Origin: Oscillatoria princeps RMCB-10
GTDB taxonomy: Bacteria > Cyanobacteriota > Cyanobacteriia > Cyanobacteriales > Oscillatoriaceae
Direction: 5' to 3'
DNA: 64,000 bases
Assembly (NCBI GenBank): GCA_019359235.1
Contig: JAHHHT010000012.1
Span: 3,648 to 67,647 of the forward strand
The notes beneath the pieces are model-generated. The model saw nothing but the letters and a program-made list of their open reading frames with translations. It had not been told where the DNA came from and searched no databases. Each line of letters begins with the position of its first letter. The stretch's first letter is position 1. Below, one piece after another: positions 27,859 through 37,851 of this stretch. A program made the translations under genes and the position numbers.

Positions 27859-30192
27859 GTGCTAAAAAATGGGAACGAAACGTTTCCCCCACCAACCAGC
27901 CAGCCGCCAAGTAAAACCACCCAGTTCAGCCCAATGACGCCCCTAGATTACACCTCAGAAACCCTCCTCGAACAACTTCCCCAGCTGAGTGACGAGCAGC
28001 TGAAACGGGAGTATTTGAATTCCCTGAAATGGACAGAACCCCTAGCGCAGATGTTAGCGCGTGCCGGTTCGGAAGAGCAAGCGCTGCGAGCGGTAAAACT
28101 AGCCCTAGAAGTGGACTGGCAACTGGGCGCAAAGCTAGCAGGAGCGGTCAAACCGGCATTTCAGGCGCAAACTGTAGAGCTAGTTGCTAATTTAGACATT
28201 CCCCAACACCTGAAGCTTAAACTGTTAGGCATCACCCGCTCTGACAGCGCCATCTCACCCGTGGCGCAAGCTTTGAGCGCGGAAGACTACGATATTCGCT
28301 CTAGCGCTGTCGAGGCATTAGGGGAAATCGGCTCAGAGGCGGCGGCGAGCCGGCTGCTGCAAGTTTTGGACTCGGAAAACTCCGGAATTCGCCAGAGCGC
28401 TTTCGAGGCGCTAGGGCAAATTGCCTCGCCAGCAACAGTACCGCTATTGCTGCTCGCCCTCAACGACGAAGACGTAGCAATCAGCGCACTGCTGGCGCTG
28501 GTGAAAATCAGCCCTGAAGCCGGCGCAACAGGATTGCGGCAAGTTTTAAACCATCAAACCGAGGCGGTTCGCCAAGAGGCGAAAAATCTCTTAACCGGCG
28601 GCGAAGAAATCAGCTCTCAGGCGTGGGTGGCGACGCTCGTGCGAGCCCTGAAAGATAGCGATTCAGAAGTTCGCATTTCTGCGGCAGTGGGGCTGCACGA
28701 AATCGGCTACACCTTGCGGAGAACCGGCGACTCGTCTGCAGTGGAACCCCTGATTCAAACTGTGCGCGACGAAAACCCAGAAGTTCGCCGGTGGGCGGCT
28801 GCAGCTTTAGGGCGAATTGGCACCGAAACAGCAGTGCCGGCGCTCATAGAAGCTCTCAGCGATGAAAACCCCAAAGTTCGCAGCTCCGCTGCTAGTGCGC
28901 TGTACGAAACCGGCTCAAGAGCCGCCGCGCCGGCGCTCACCCTAGCCCTGAACGATACCGAGCGTTTGGTTCGCGCTTCCGCTGCAGAAGCCCTCGGCAA
29001 AATTGGCTCCGAATCAGCCGTGCCCGATCTAGTGCGAGCTTTAAACGATGAAAACCATACCGTTCGCGAGAGCGCAGCTTCTGGGCTGGGAAAAATCGCC
29101 ACACAAGCTGCTGTCGAGGCGCTCATTCAAGCCCTCAGCGATCCAACCCCTCACGTTCGCGCCACCGCTGCAGTAGCCTTAGGAGAAACCGGAGCGGAAG
29201 CTGCAGTGCCGGCACTCTTGGAAGCCCTGAAAGACAGAGACTCTCAAGTTCGCGACAGCGCCGCAGTGGCATTAGGAAATATCGGCTCCTCAGAAGCCGT
29301 GCCGGCGCTCGTGCAAACCTTACTCGATGACATCGCTCTCGACTCTGGCTGCGATTTTAAAGTTCGTTCCGAAGCCGCCAAAGCCTTAGGAAAAATCGGC
29401 TCGGAAACCGCTGTGGCAGAACTCGTGCAAGCCTTGAACAACCCAGACGCTTTAGTTCGCGAACTCGCTGCCTATGCTCTGAGAAAAACTGCCACACTGG
29501 TAGCTGCACCGGCACTCCTGCAAGCGCTGAAAGATGAAGACTACCACGTTCGCGCCAGCGCTGCAGTAGCCTTAGGGAATATCGGCTCCGAAACCGCAGT
29601 GCCGGCGCTCATTGAAGCATTCAGCGACGAAAAATGGATGGTTCGTGAAGACGCAGCCGAAGCCGTGGGTAAAATCGGCGCTAAATCCGCAGTGCCGGCA
29701 CTGCAGCAACTTTTGAATGAGGACTCCCCCGAACTTCGCCGCAAGGCGGCTGAAGCCTTAGGGAAAATCGGTTCCGAAACTGCACTTCCCGCCCTGCTTG
29801 AAGCTTTGAGCGACGAACACTATAAGGTGCGTCATGAAGCTGCCGAAGCCTTACAGAAAATCGGCTCCTCTGCAGCTGTAGAAAAACTCCTGCACGCTTT
29901 GACCCACCACAATTCCAGGGTTCGCTGGAAAGCTGCCGAAGCCTTAGGCGAAATTAACTCGATCGCCGCCGTGCCGGCACTGCTGAAAGCCCTCAGCGAT
30001 GACGACTCTGACGTTTGCCGCAGTGCAGCCAAAGCCTTAGGTAAAATCGGCAGCCCTGAAGCTCTGCCGAGTCTGTCCCCACTCCTGCGCAGTGAGAACC
30101 GATTTGTAATTTCCGCCGCGCTCGATGCAATCTCTGCGATTCAAGAGCGTTGCGGTTATTACAATAGCGCCCTGGTAAGCTCGGATTTATGA
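27859..30192 (+). CDS. HEAT-repeat protein (PBS-lyase HEAT-like repeats, ~18 units)
   Basis: Iterated ~31-aa units LxALxDEdxxVRxxAAxALGxIGSExAVPAL throughout; unique ~150-aa N-terminal region. Confidence 0.8.
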   Translation: MLKNGNETFPPPTSQPPSKTTQFSPMTPLDYTSETLLEQLPQLSDEQLKREYLNSLKWTEPLAQMLARAGSEEQALRAVKLALEVDWQLGAKLAGAVKPAFQAQTVELVANLDIPQHLKLKLLGITRSDSAISPVAQALSAEDYDIRSSAVEALGEIGSEAAASRLLQVLDSENSGIRQSAFEALGQIASPATVPLLLLALNDEDVAISALLALVKISPEAGATGLRQVLNHQTEAVRQEAKNLLTGGEEISSQAWVATLVRALKDSDSEVRISAAVGLHEIGYTLRRTGDSSAVEPLIQTVRDENPEVRRWAAAALGRIGTETAVPALIEALSDENPKVRSSAASALYETGSRAAAPALTLALNDTERLVRASAAEALGKIGSESAVPDLVRALNDENHTVRESAASGLGKIATQAAVEALIQALSDPTPHVRATAAVALGETGAEAAVPALLEALKDRDSQVRDSAAVALGNIGSSEAVPALVQTLLDDIALDSGCDFKVRSEAAKALGKIGSETAVAELVQALNNPDALVRELAAYALRKTATLVAAPALLQALKDEDYHVRASAAVALGNIGSETAVPALIEAFSDEKWMVREDAAEAVGKIGAKSAVPALQQLLNEDSPELRRKAAEALGKIGSETALPALLEALSDEHYKVRHEAAEALQKIGSSAAVEKLLHALTHHNSRVRWKAAEALGEINSIAAVPALLKALSDDDSDVCRSAAKALGKIGSPEALPSLSPLLRSENRFVISAALDAISAIQERCGYYNSALVSSDL

Positions 30193-30243
30193 ACCGCCAA
30201 GACGCCAAGAGCGCCAAGTTTTAGAAGGGGAAGCAGCTATCTA

Positions 30244-31896
30244 ATGGAATCTCAAAATTCTCTTGACAAAAACGCCCGGAAACTGCTAGAATGTCTGGCA
30301 GGTGAAAATCGTCTGAGTCGCCGGCGTGCCGCCCGCGCCTTAGCGCAAATCCCCACAGACGCAGCCGTTACCGGGCTGCTGGGAGCGCTCAACTCTCCAG
30401 ACTGGGAGATTCGCGGTTTGGCGGCTTGGGCGCTCGGGCAAATCCGCACCGGCACAGCCATTACCGGCTTGCTGCAAGCCCTCAGCCACCCAGACACTGA
30501 AATTCGCCAGTGGGCGGTTTGGGCGTTGGGGGAAACCGGCACCGGCGCGGCAATTTCTGGGTTGCTGGAAGCCCTCCAGCATCAAGACTCTGAAGTTCGC
30601 TGGCGGGCGGCTTCCGCACTGGGAAAAACCGGCGATTCCGCCTGTATTGCCCCCCTGCAGTCAGCCCTCAGCGATCGGGAGTCAGAAGTTCGCGGAAAAG
30701 CCGCTGCAGCCTTAGGAAAAATCGGCTCTCCCACAGCAGTTGCGGCGCTGCTGCAAGCCCTCAGCGATGACGATTGCGTTCGCTGGAAAGCCGCTTCTGC
30801 CTTAGGGGAAATCGGCTCAGATGAGGCTGTCGCTGGGTTGCTGCAACTGCTCAGCCACCTGGACTCGGAGATTCGCGGACTTGCCATCTGGGCGTTAGGA
30901 AAAATAGGCTCTCAGCCGGCAATTGACGGATTGCTGCACGCGCTCAACAATCCAGATTCCTCTCTGCGCACAAAAGCCGCTGAAGCCCTAGGGGAAATCG
31001 GCAGTGCGCAGGCTGTTCCCGCCCTGCTGCAAGCCCTCAGCGATGCGGACTTTTATGTTCGCTGGAGAGCGGTTTCAGCCTTAGGAGAAATTGGCTCACC
31101 GGCAGCAATTTCCGGACTGCTGCAAGCCCTCGAAGATCAAACCTCCTCAGTTCGCGGCTCAGCCGCTACCGCCTTAGGAAAAATAGGCTCGGAGTCAGCA
31201 ATTCCCGCACTCGCGCGAGCGCTCGACGATGAGAGTTCCTCTGTTTGCCAGAGAGCCGGTGAAGCTTTGAAAAAAATCGCAACCCCAGCCGCACTCGCCG
31301 CACTGCACCCAAATTCTGTTGAAGCTGACAGCAGCGCCCAAGAAGAACAGCAAACCTCCCCTCAGACTATTATAACAGAAGTTCAGAGCGATAAACTGCC
31401 CAAACTATTCATCACCGGCTGTGCGGAAGCCGGCGCTCACATCCTCTGCAAAATAAGAGGGCCATTAATCAAACATCTGATCTCGATAGGCAGCCCGGGC
31501 GTACCGCTCCCCCACGGGTACAGCCAAGTTCCCCACCGGCTGCGGCTGGAATTTAACGACATACACGCGCCCGATAGCGACCCGGAATTAGTTCTGCCCA
31601 CCGTTCAAGATATACTCAAAGTAATAGACTTCGTATCTTCAGTTTCGCAGTTCGACGACCACCTGCTCATCCACTGCCAAGCCGGCATCAGCCGCTCCTC
31701 AGCAGTAGCCTTAACAGTTTGCGCCCACATCCTGGGTGCCGGGAAAGAAAAAGAAGCCCTGGATTACATCCTAGCCGCCAGACCCCAAGCCAGACCTAAC
31801 TGGTGGATAGTAGAATTAGCAGATGAAGCCTTGAATCGAGATGGCCGGTTAGTGCGAGCCATTGAAACCTCAGGCATCTATCCAGGGATAGACTAA
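30244..31896 (+). CDS. HEAT-repeat protein fused to a C-terminal dual-specificity/tyrosine-phosphatase-like domain
   Basis: About 10 HEAT-like units, then DHLLIHCQAGISRSSAVAL, which is an exact HCX5R(S/T) PTP active-site signature, with an upstream Asp-rich loop (HAPDSDPE). Confidence 0.8.
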   Translation: MESQNSLDKNARKLLECLAGENRLSRRRAARALAQIPTDAAVTGLLGALNSPDWEIRGLAAWALGQIRTGTAITGLLQALSHPDTEIRQWAVWALGETGTGAAISGLLEALQHQDSEVRWRAASALGKTGDSACIAPLQSALSDRESEVRGKAAAALGKIGSPTAVAALLQALSDDDCVRWKAASALGEIGSDEAVAGLLQLLSHLDSEIRGLAIWALGKIGSQPAIDGLLHALNNPDSSLRTKAAEALGEIGSAQAVPALLQALSDADFYVRWRAVSALGEIGSPAAISGLLQALEDQTSSVRGSAATALGKIGSESAIPALARALDDESSSVCQRAGEALKKIATPAALAALHPNSVEADSSAQEEQQTSPQTIITEVQSDKLPKLFITGCAEAGAHILCKIRGPLIKHLISIGSPGVPLPHGYSQVPHRLRLEFNDIHAPDSDPELVLPTVQDILKVIDFVSSVSQFDDHLLIHCQAGISRSSAVALTVCAHILGAGKEKEALDYILAARPQARPNWWIVELADEALNRDGRLVRAIETSGIYPGID

Positions 31897-31915
31897 TATC
31901 CAACCTCTTGGCGTC

Positions 31916-33340
31916 TTGGCGTCTTGGCGGTTCATTTCCCTCCCTCCCTCCCTTCCCAAAACTCAAAACTTTTTTTATAATACCAGCAAGGAGAAAGCAG
32001 TTAACATGACAGAGCAACGCGACACCGATTCACCCCCAGCTGATTCCGGACAGTTGGACAAACCGGCGGCTCAGCCCCTGACAGCTGAGTCAGAAGATCA
32101 TTCCCCCGCCAGCCGCATTGCGGGCATCTGGAGAGACGCAACCGCACGCTTGCAGCAACTCATGCCCCTAGAGCAAGTGGGGCAAACAGTTGTAAACTGG
32201 TTTAGCGTTGGCGAAGAGCGGGTTGCAGAGATTTTGGAAACCGTTCGGGCTCAACTGCCCACCACAGAAGCCCTCCTCATTGGCAAACCCCAAGCCGGAA
32301 AAAGTTCCATTGTGCGGGGGATGACAGGAGTTTCTGCTGAAATTGTCGGTCAGGGATTTCGCCCCCACACGCAACATACCGAGCGCTACGCCTATCCGTC
32401 AAAAGACCTGCCCCTGCTGATTTTCACCGATACCGTCGGACTGGGAGATGTCAGCCAGGACACTCAGACCATTATACAGGAACTGTCCGGCAATTTGCAA
32501 CAGCAAACTCGCTGCGCCAGAGTCCTGATTCTCACCGTCAAAATCACTGATTTCGCCACCGGCACACTGCGACAAATTGCCACAGAGTTGCGCCAGAAGT
32601 ATCCCAACATCCCCTGCTTGCTGGCGGTGACGTGCTTGCATGAACTCTATCCTTCCGGCACTGCCGATCATCCCGCTTACCCGCCCGAATATGAGGAAGT
32701 CAGCCGAGCCTTCGCTGCCATTCAAGAAACTTTTGCGGGGCTGTACGATCGGGCTGTCGCCATTGACTTCACCCTGGAAGAAGACGGATACACCCCCGTG
32801 TTTTATGGCTTAGAAGCGCTGAGAGACACCCTAGCAGACTTGCTGCCAGAAGCGGAAGCCGGTGCCATTTACCAGTTATTAGATGAAAAAGCGGGCCGGC
32901 AGCTGAGCGATCTCTACCGAGATGTCGGACGCCGGTACATTTTAGCCTTTTCCATTATGGCAGCCGCCCTAGAAGCCGTGCCGCTGCCACTTGCCAGCAT
33001 GCCGGTGCTAATTGCCTTGCAAATCTCGATGGTGGGTTTGCTGGGGAGACTGTACGGGCAAACACTAACTGTATCGCAAGCAGGAGGAGTTGTCAGCGCA
33101 ATTGCCGGCGGTTTTCTAGCCCGCGCTGTTGGAAGAGAATTAATCAAATTTGTGCCCGGAATAGGCACCGCAATCGCCGCCTCATGGGCGGGTGCGTACA
33201 CCTGGGCGCTCGGCGAAGGTGCCTGCGTGTACTTCGGTGATTTAATGGGGGGCAAGAAGCCAGATACCAAGAGAATTCAGTCCGCAATGCGAGAAGCCTT
33301 CCAGACAGCCAAAGAACGGTTTAAGGAAATCAAACGCTGA
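31916..33340 (+). CDS. HSR1/YfjP-type P-loop GTPase with C-terminal hydrophobic/amphipathic domain (DUF697/YcjF-like)
   Basis: G1 LIGKPQAGKSSIV, G3 FTDTVGLGD; C-terminal ~130 aa rich in Gly/Ala helices (MPVLIALQISMVGLLGRLYG...IAASWAGAYTWALG). Start may be the internal MTEQRD. Confidence 0.7.
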   Translation: MASWRFISLPPSLPKTQNFFYNTSKEKAVNMTEQRDTDSPPADSGQLDKPAAQPLTAESEDHSPASRIAGIWRDATARLQQLMPLEQVGQTVVNWFSVGEERVAEILETVRAQLPTTEALLIGKPQAGKSSIVRGMTGVSAEIVGQGFRPHTQHTERYAYPSKDLPLLIFTDTVGLGDVSQDTQTIIQELSGNLQQQTRCARVLILTVKITDFATGTLRQIATELRQKYPNIPCLLAVTCLHELYPSGTADHPAYPPEYEEVSRAFAAIQETFAGLYDRAVAIDFTLEEDGYTPVFYGLEALRDTLADLLPEAEAGAIYQLLDEKAGRQLSDLYRDVGRRYILAFSIMAAALEAVPLPLASMPVLIALQISMVGLLGRLYGQTLTVSQAGGVVSAIAGGFLARAVGRELIKFVPGIGTAIAASWAGAYTWALGEGACVYFGDLMGGKKPDTKRIQSAMREAFQTAKERFKEIKR

Positions 33341-33776
33341 GCGCTTCTCCCCACCCCGTAGGGTGCCGTTCCGAGCGGGAACGCACCCGAAGAGTTTATT
33401 TACCAAAATTGCTAGTTTCCGGGCGATTAGAAATCGCGGCTATACAGACTTTCGCCCGCCTACGCGGGCTAATATAACATCGATCTTATCAAAATATGCG
33501 CGGTTTTACCTCGTTTCCAAGCTCTGACTTGAAAATGTTTGTAGTTGGGCTTTAGCCCAATCGGCGGGACTCGTAGGGGCGCAGAATTTTCATCGGTGGC
33601 GGTGTGCGCAGTTCCGAAGCGACTGCCTGGAAACTCAGGGAGAAGATGGAGCCGGCGCACAATCTCTTCAATTACAACTTTCAGAATTACTCCTCCTTTA
33701 GATAGGGAGCGAAAACCCATCACAGAAGTGTTACAACTAGCAGTATAACAACTCTAACCCAAACAAGCAAAAGACA

Positions 33777-35693
33777 ATGGTGCGATTAAAACTGTGGCAA
33801 TGGATCGTGCTAGCACTGCCGGTCGCCAGCATCATCATCTTCCTGATGGTAGCAGCGGGGCAGCACATCAACCAGTGGGGCATTAACTGGATCTGGGGGG
33901 TATTCACCCTCGCATTAGTCGGCTGGCGCTGGCTGCTGGTCAAATGGACTCGACCGGCAATAGACCAGGTGGAAGCCCTTGTAGCGCAAGTCAGCAAAGA
34001 AATAGAACCCCCTGCAGACAGTACCGCCGCCCAGCCGGCACCAGATGAGGCTGCAATTAAAGCGCAAACCGCACTCCAAGACATCCTCAAAGCCTCACAA
34101 AACGACCCACCGGCATGGGAAGACTGGCAGACCTTTTGGCAGCGGTGCCAGGAACTTGTGATCGCCATTGCCGGCATCTACTATCCCGAAGATAACTATC
34201 CCCTGCTCAACATTTACGTTCCCCAAGCTTACGCCCTGATTCGGGGAACACTGGACGACTTAGATCGCTGGATGCAAAACTTATCCCCCGCCCTCAATCA
34301 AGTCACAGTTGGGCAGGCATACCAAGCATACGAAGTTTACCGCAAGCTGGAACCCTCCGCTCGCAAACTCTCGCAAGCCTGGAACTGGGCGCAGTGGCTC
34401 CTCAACCCAGCAGCTGCAGTAGCAGCACTGATCAGCCGGCGTTCCAGCAACCGCGCAACTCAGGAACTCGTGGTGAATTTGAGCCAGCTGCTGCGGGAAG
34501 CAGCCCTGCGCAACCTGTGCCGGCAGGCGATTGCCCTCTACGGAAGCCGCACCCTGCCGGCGGCTGCATTTTCCACTCCCGCACCGGCACTGGCTTTAGT
34601 CAAAACCCAAACCCTCCGAGACATCCTCGAACAAGCCGAACCCGTCGAAACAGTTGAGCAAAAACCCGTCACTATTCTGATTGCGGGGCGAACCGGCGCT
34701 GGCAAAAGCAGCCTGATTAACACCCTATTTCAAGCAGATCGCGCAGCGGTCGATGTTTTGCCCAGCACCGAGCGGATTGAAAATTACCGCTGGCAAACTG
34801 AAACTGGAGAAAGCCTGACCCTCTTGGATACCCCCGGTTACGAACAAGTCAACCGTGCGGATTTGCGGGAATTAGTGCTTGATTGCGCCAAAAGCGCCGA
34901 TTTGTTGCTATTAGTCAACCCAGCCGGCGATCCCGCCCTGCAAATGGATGTAGACTTTCTCAAAGATATCAAAACACAAGTTACAGATTTACCCGCACTC
35001 GCCATTGTTACCCAGGTAGATCGCCTGCGTCCAGTACGCGAATGGCAGCCCCCTTACGACTGGGTTTGGGGCGATCGCCCCAAGGAAAAAGCCATTCGGG
35101 AAGCCACCCAGTATCGCGCTCAACTCCTCGGCGAGTTTTGCCAGCGAGTTTTGCCGGTCGTCACCGGCGACAGTAAAGCCGGTCGAGTCGCCTGGAATGC
35201 CGACGTCCTGTCATTAGCGCTGCTAGAAGAGATCGCGCCGGCTAAACAGCTCCGCCTCGCCCGCTTTTTGCGCCATCTGGACGCCCGCACCGCCGCCGCC
35301 GCCAAAATCATCGACCGCTACACCTTCCAAATGGCCACAACCCAAGGCGTGACCGCACTGCTCAAAAGTCCCGTCCTCCAGTTTCTCAGCACACTCTCCA
35401 CCGGCTCTCCCACCCTAGCCTATCTGCTCGCAGAGAAAATTCCCGCCGAACAGTTGCCGGTGGTTATTGGCAAACTCCAGATGGCTTATGAGCTGTTCTC
35501 GCTGTTTAACACAGACGATTCTAGCCCGCTCAACTTTGACCTGCGCTCCCTCTGGCCACTTCTGCAGGAAAACTCCGCCTCACCCGACCGCAATGCCTCC
35601 GCATTTGGTCACGCCCTAGTGGAGTTCTGGACTCAAAATCTCACAGTTGAGCAACTCCGGGAGCGCTTTGAATACTATCTCAAGCACGTTTAA
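33777..35693 (+). CDS. membrane-anchored HSR1/YfjP-type GTPase (2 N-terminal TM helices, central G domain, ~250-aa C-terminal domain)
   Basis: TM: WIVLALPVASIIIFLMVAA and IWGVFTLALVGWRWLLV; G1 ILIAGRTGAGKSSLINTLF, G3 LLDTPGYEQ, G4-like VTQVD. Confidence 0.75.
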   Translation: MVRLKLWQWIVLALPVASIIIFLMVAAGQHINQWGINWIWGVFTLALVGWRWLLVKWTRPAIDQVEALVAQVSKEIEPPADSTAAQPAPDEAAIKAQTALQDILKASQNDPPAWEDWQTFWQRCQELVIAIAGIYYPEDNYPLLNIYVPQAYALIRGTLDDLDRWMQNLSPALNQVTVGQAYQAYEVYRKLEPSARKLSQAWNWAQWLLNPAAAVAALISRRSSNRATQELVVNLSQLLREAALRNLCRQAIALYGSRTLPAAAFSTPAPALALVKTQTLRDILEQAEPVETVEQKPVTILIAGRTGAGKSSLINTLFQADRAAVDVLPSTERIENYRWQTETGESLTLLDTPGYEQVNRADLRELVLDCAKSADLLLLVNPAGDPALQMDVDFLKDIKTQVTDLPALAIVTQVDRLRPVREWQPPYDWVWGDRPKEKAIREATQYRAQLLGEFCQRVLPVVTGDSKAGRVAWNADVLSLALLEEIAPAKQLRLARFLRHLDARTAAAAKIIDRYTFQMATTQGVTALLKSPVLQFLSTLSTGSPTLAYLLAEKIPAEQLPVVIGKLQMAYELFSLFNTDDSSPLNFDLRSLWPLLQENSASPDRNASAFGHALVEFWTQNLTVEQLRERFEYYLKHV

Positions 35694-35886
35694 TCAGTAG
35701 GCCGGCAAAACTCAACCGAACATCACGAAACCAGGTTTTTAAAATTAACCAGGTTTCGGTACTGAGAAACCCGGTTTCTTTAAGAAACCGGGTTTCTGGG
35801 CCGGATTTCATCCAACTGAGAACCGCTATATCCGCTATGTTAGGCTTACTTATCTGAGCATACTTGTGAGCCGGCACCCTGCCAAA

Positions 35887-36735
35887 TTACAGCATCGTCT
35901 CCGGATAAATCAGCTGATACCCCGCCGCCTTAATCTTCTGATTAGAGACCAGTGCGTTATAAGGAAAAACCTGTTTTTCTGACGGATTCCACGAAACCTT
36001 CTCCCAACCGTGACGAGCGCAGAGCCGGTCAAGCAGTTCGCGGCGGGTGAGCGGAGTGTCATTCACCAAATTGTAAATGCCTTGCAATTGATTCAGGCGG
36101 GCAAACTCCAAAGTCCCAACAATATCATCCAGGTGAATCCAATTGGAGATATCGTCACCGGCACCCGGGCGAGTCGTGCCGGCAACCCTGCCGAAAATCT
36201 TGGCCAGCTCCCGACCGGGGCCGTAAATTCCTCCCAGGCGCAAGATGCAAACGCGCAGGTTTTCACCCGCCGCCCCCAGCAGCACCCGCTCCGTCTCGCA
36301 CAAAATTTCACCGTTCTCATTGACCGGCGCTACCGGCGTTTCTTCACTCACCGGCTCGCCATTCCTGTCCCCATACACCGAATAGCTGCCGGTGTAGATC
36401 AAATGCCGCACGCTGGGAGTTTGTTTTAGCACCTCCATCAGGTTTTTTGCCGTTCCCAGATAGGTTTCCCGATATACGCTGGCATTGGCTGCGCCAACAC
36501 TCAAGAGCACGACATCCTGGTTTTCTGCTGCTTCCTTCAAGGCGTCTGAGTCATCCCCTCTCGCCACCACCACGCGCTGCGCCACCTTTTCCAGTTCAGC
36601 GACGCGCTCCTCCCTGGTCGTGGTTGCCGTCACGACATGACCTGCACTGCGCCACAGTCTGGCAACAGCAGTTCCAACGTAGCCACAGCCGATAATAGCG
36701 ATGTTCATCCGTATTCCCCCCAAGTGTTCCTGCAA
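35887..36735 (-). CDS. NAD(P)-dependent oxidoreductase (epimerase/dehydratase-type Rossmann fold)
   Basis: MNIAIIGCGYVGTAVARLW dinucleotide-binding motif; probable start at the MNIAII Met (36708). Confidence 0.75.
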   Translation of the reverse strand: MQEHLGGIRMNIAIIGCGYVGTAVARLWRSAGHVVTATTTREERVAELEKVAQRVVVARGDDSDALKEAAENQDVVLLSVGAANASVYRETYLGTAKNLMEVLKQTPSVRHLIYTGSYSVYGDRNGEPVSEETPVAPVNENGEILCETERVLLGAAGENLRVCILRLGGIYGPGRELAKIFGRVAGTTRPGAGDDISNWIHLDDIVGTLEFARLNQLQGIYNLVNDTPLTRRELLDRLCARHGWEKVSWNPSEKQVFPYNALVSNQKIKAAGYQLIYPETML

Positions 36736-37295
36736 GCCATTCGTGCAAGCCGGTGCAGTTTAGTTCTTTGGGTAGAATATAACGAACTGGTGACTCCCCA
36801 CTGAAACCGGCACCGTTTGGCGAATGGCCACTCCCGGGCACATCAACCCTGGGGCCAACTCTCACCTTGGCCAGTCCGCCCAGTTAAGCTGTTGCGCATT
36901 TAATTTGCACTATCCATTTCTATCCCTCGTTCCGGTGCGGTCTCCGTGGGTGGCACCGCCCCTACAGTCTGGGAGCGCGTATCGGACGGAGCTGCCTACT
37001 TTCTCTAACAAGCAGATTAAAAGCCTAACAGCTGAGTCTGGCCTTGAGAGCTTGTTTGTAAAAAAATCTTAAAGGTTGCCGGCGGCTGGAAAAGTGGCTC
37101 TCCCCCCCCGCAAGCCCCCTTGTTAAGGGGACTTGGGGGGATCGGAGTTGAGGATGTTAGGGAACAGGAAATCTCTTCACCCCCTCAAAGCAAACACCCT
37201 CTCTGGCAACGGTAGCGGGCGGATGCCTGCGCTGCTTTGGGTGCGGCGCTCCCTGACTCAAAACTCAAAGCGGAAAGCTCGCTCTGTAGCTTGCT

Positions 37296-37535
37296 TCAGA
37301 ATGGAATGTCATCGTAAGGAGGCTCGTCATCGGGACGAATGATTTCAGGCTTGCCCGTAAGTTCAGGAGAACCTTTCTGCCGGTCGATCCAGCGCTTGAC
37401 TTGCTTGAGCGCATCCCGTTCCGAGATCGCCTCTGGGACTAGAACCCGGTGATTGCCCTTCTCGTCCCAGACCTCCACACAGTAAACTTGCTGCACCTTA
37501 ATTATCCAGCCATTGTAAACGTCTGGTGAGCTCAT
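37296..37535 (-). CDS. small hypothetical protein
   Basis: 79-aa ORF with coding-like composition; no family recognised. Confidence 0.4.
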   Translation of the reverse strand: MSSPDVYNGWIIKVQQVYCVEVWDEKGNHRVLVPEAISERDALKQVKRWIDRQKGSPELTGKPEIIRPDDEPPYDDIPF

Positions 37536-37851
37536 AGCCTTACTCTCCCCAATTTCTGACAGCCGCTGCTAAAACCATGATAAGTGGGACAGTGACCTTT
37601 TTTGTCACCGGCACGCAGGTCGAGCAGCGCTACCTGCGATTGGGATGCCAGAGTCGCACAAGGGAAGTGGTTTTTAGCTTCTTGCCTGACTTCTCTGGAT
37701 TACCGCTCTGGGTTGCCATACACTATCATACCCCAATCCCCTAGTGTCAGAATTTGTCAGGATTTTTCGCCCCTGTAACCTGCCCTTTACGCCCACCCTA
37801 ACACGCTCACCCCCCCCAGCGTGAGTTTTTCGGCCACTTCTGCAGTATTTT

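Noticed and set aside
33469-33748. 84-aa and 67-aa ORFs between the two GTPase genes
   Set aside because: They overlap three different repeat-family copies; intergenic.
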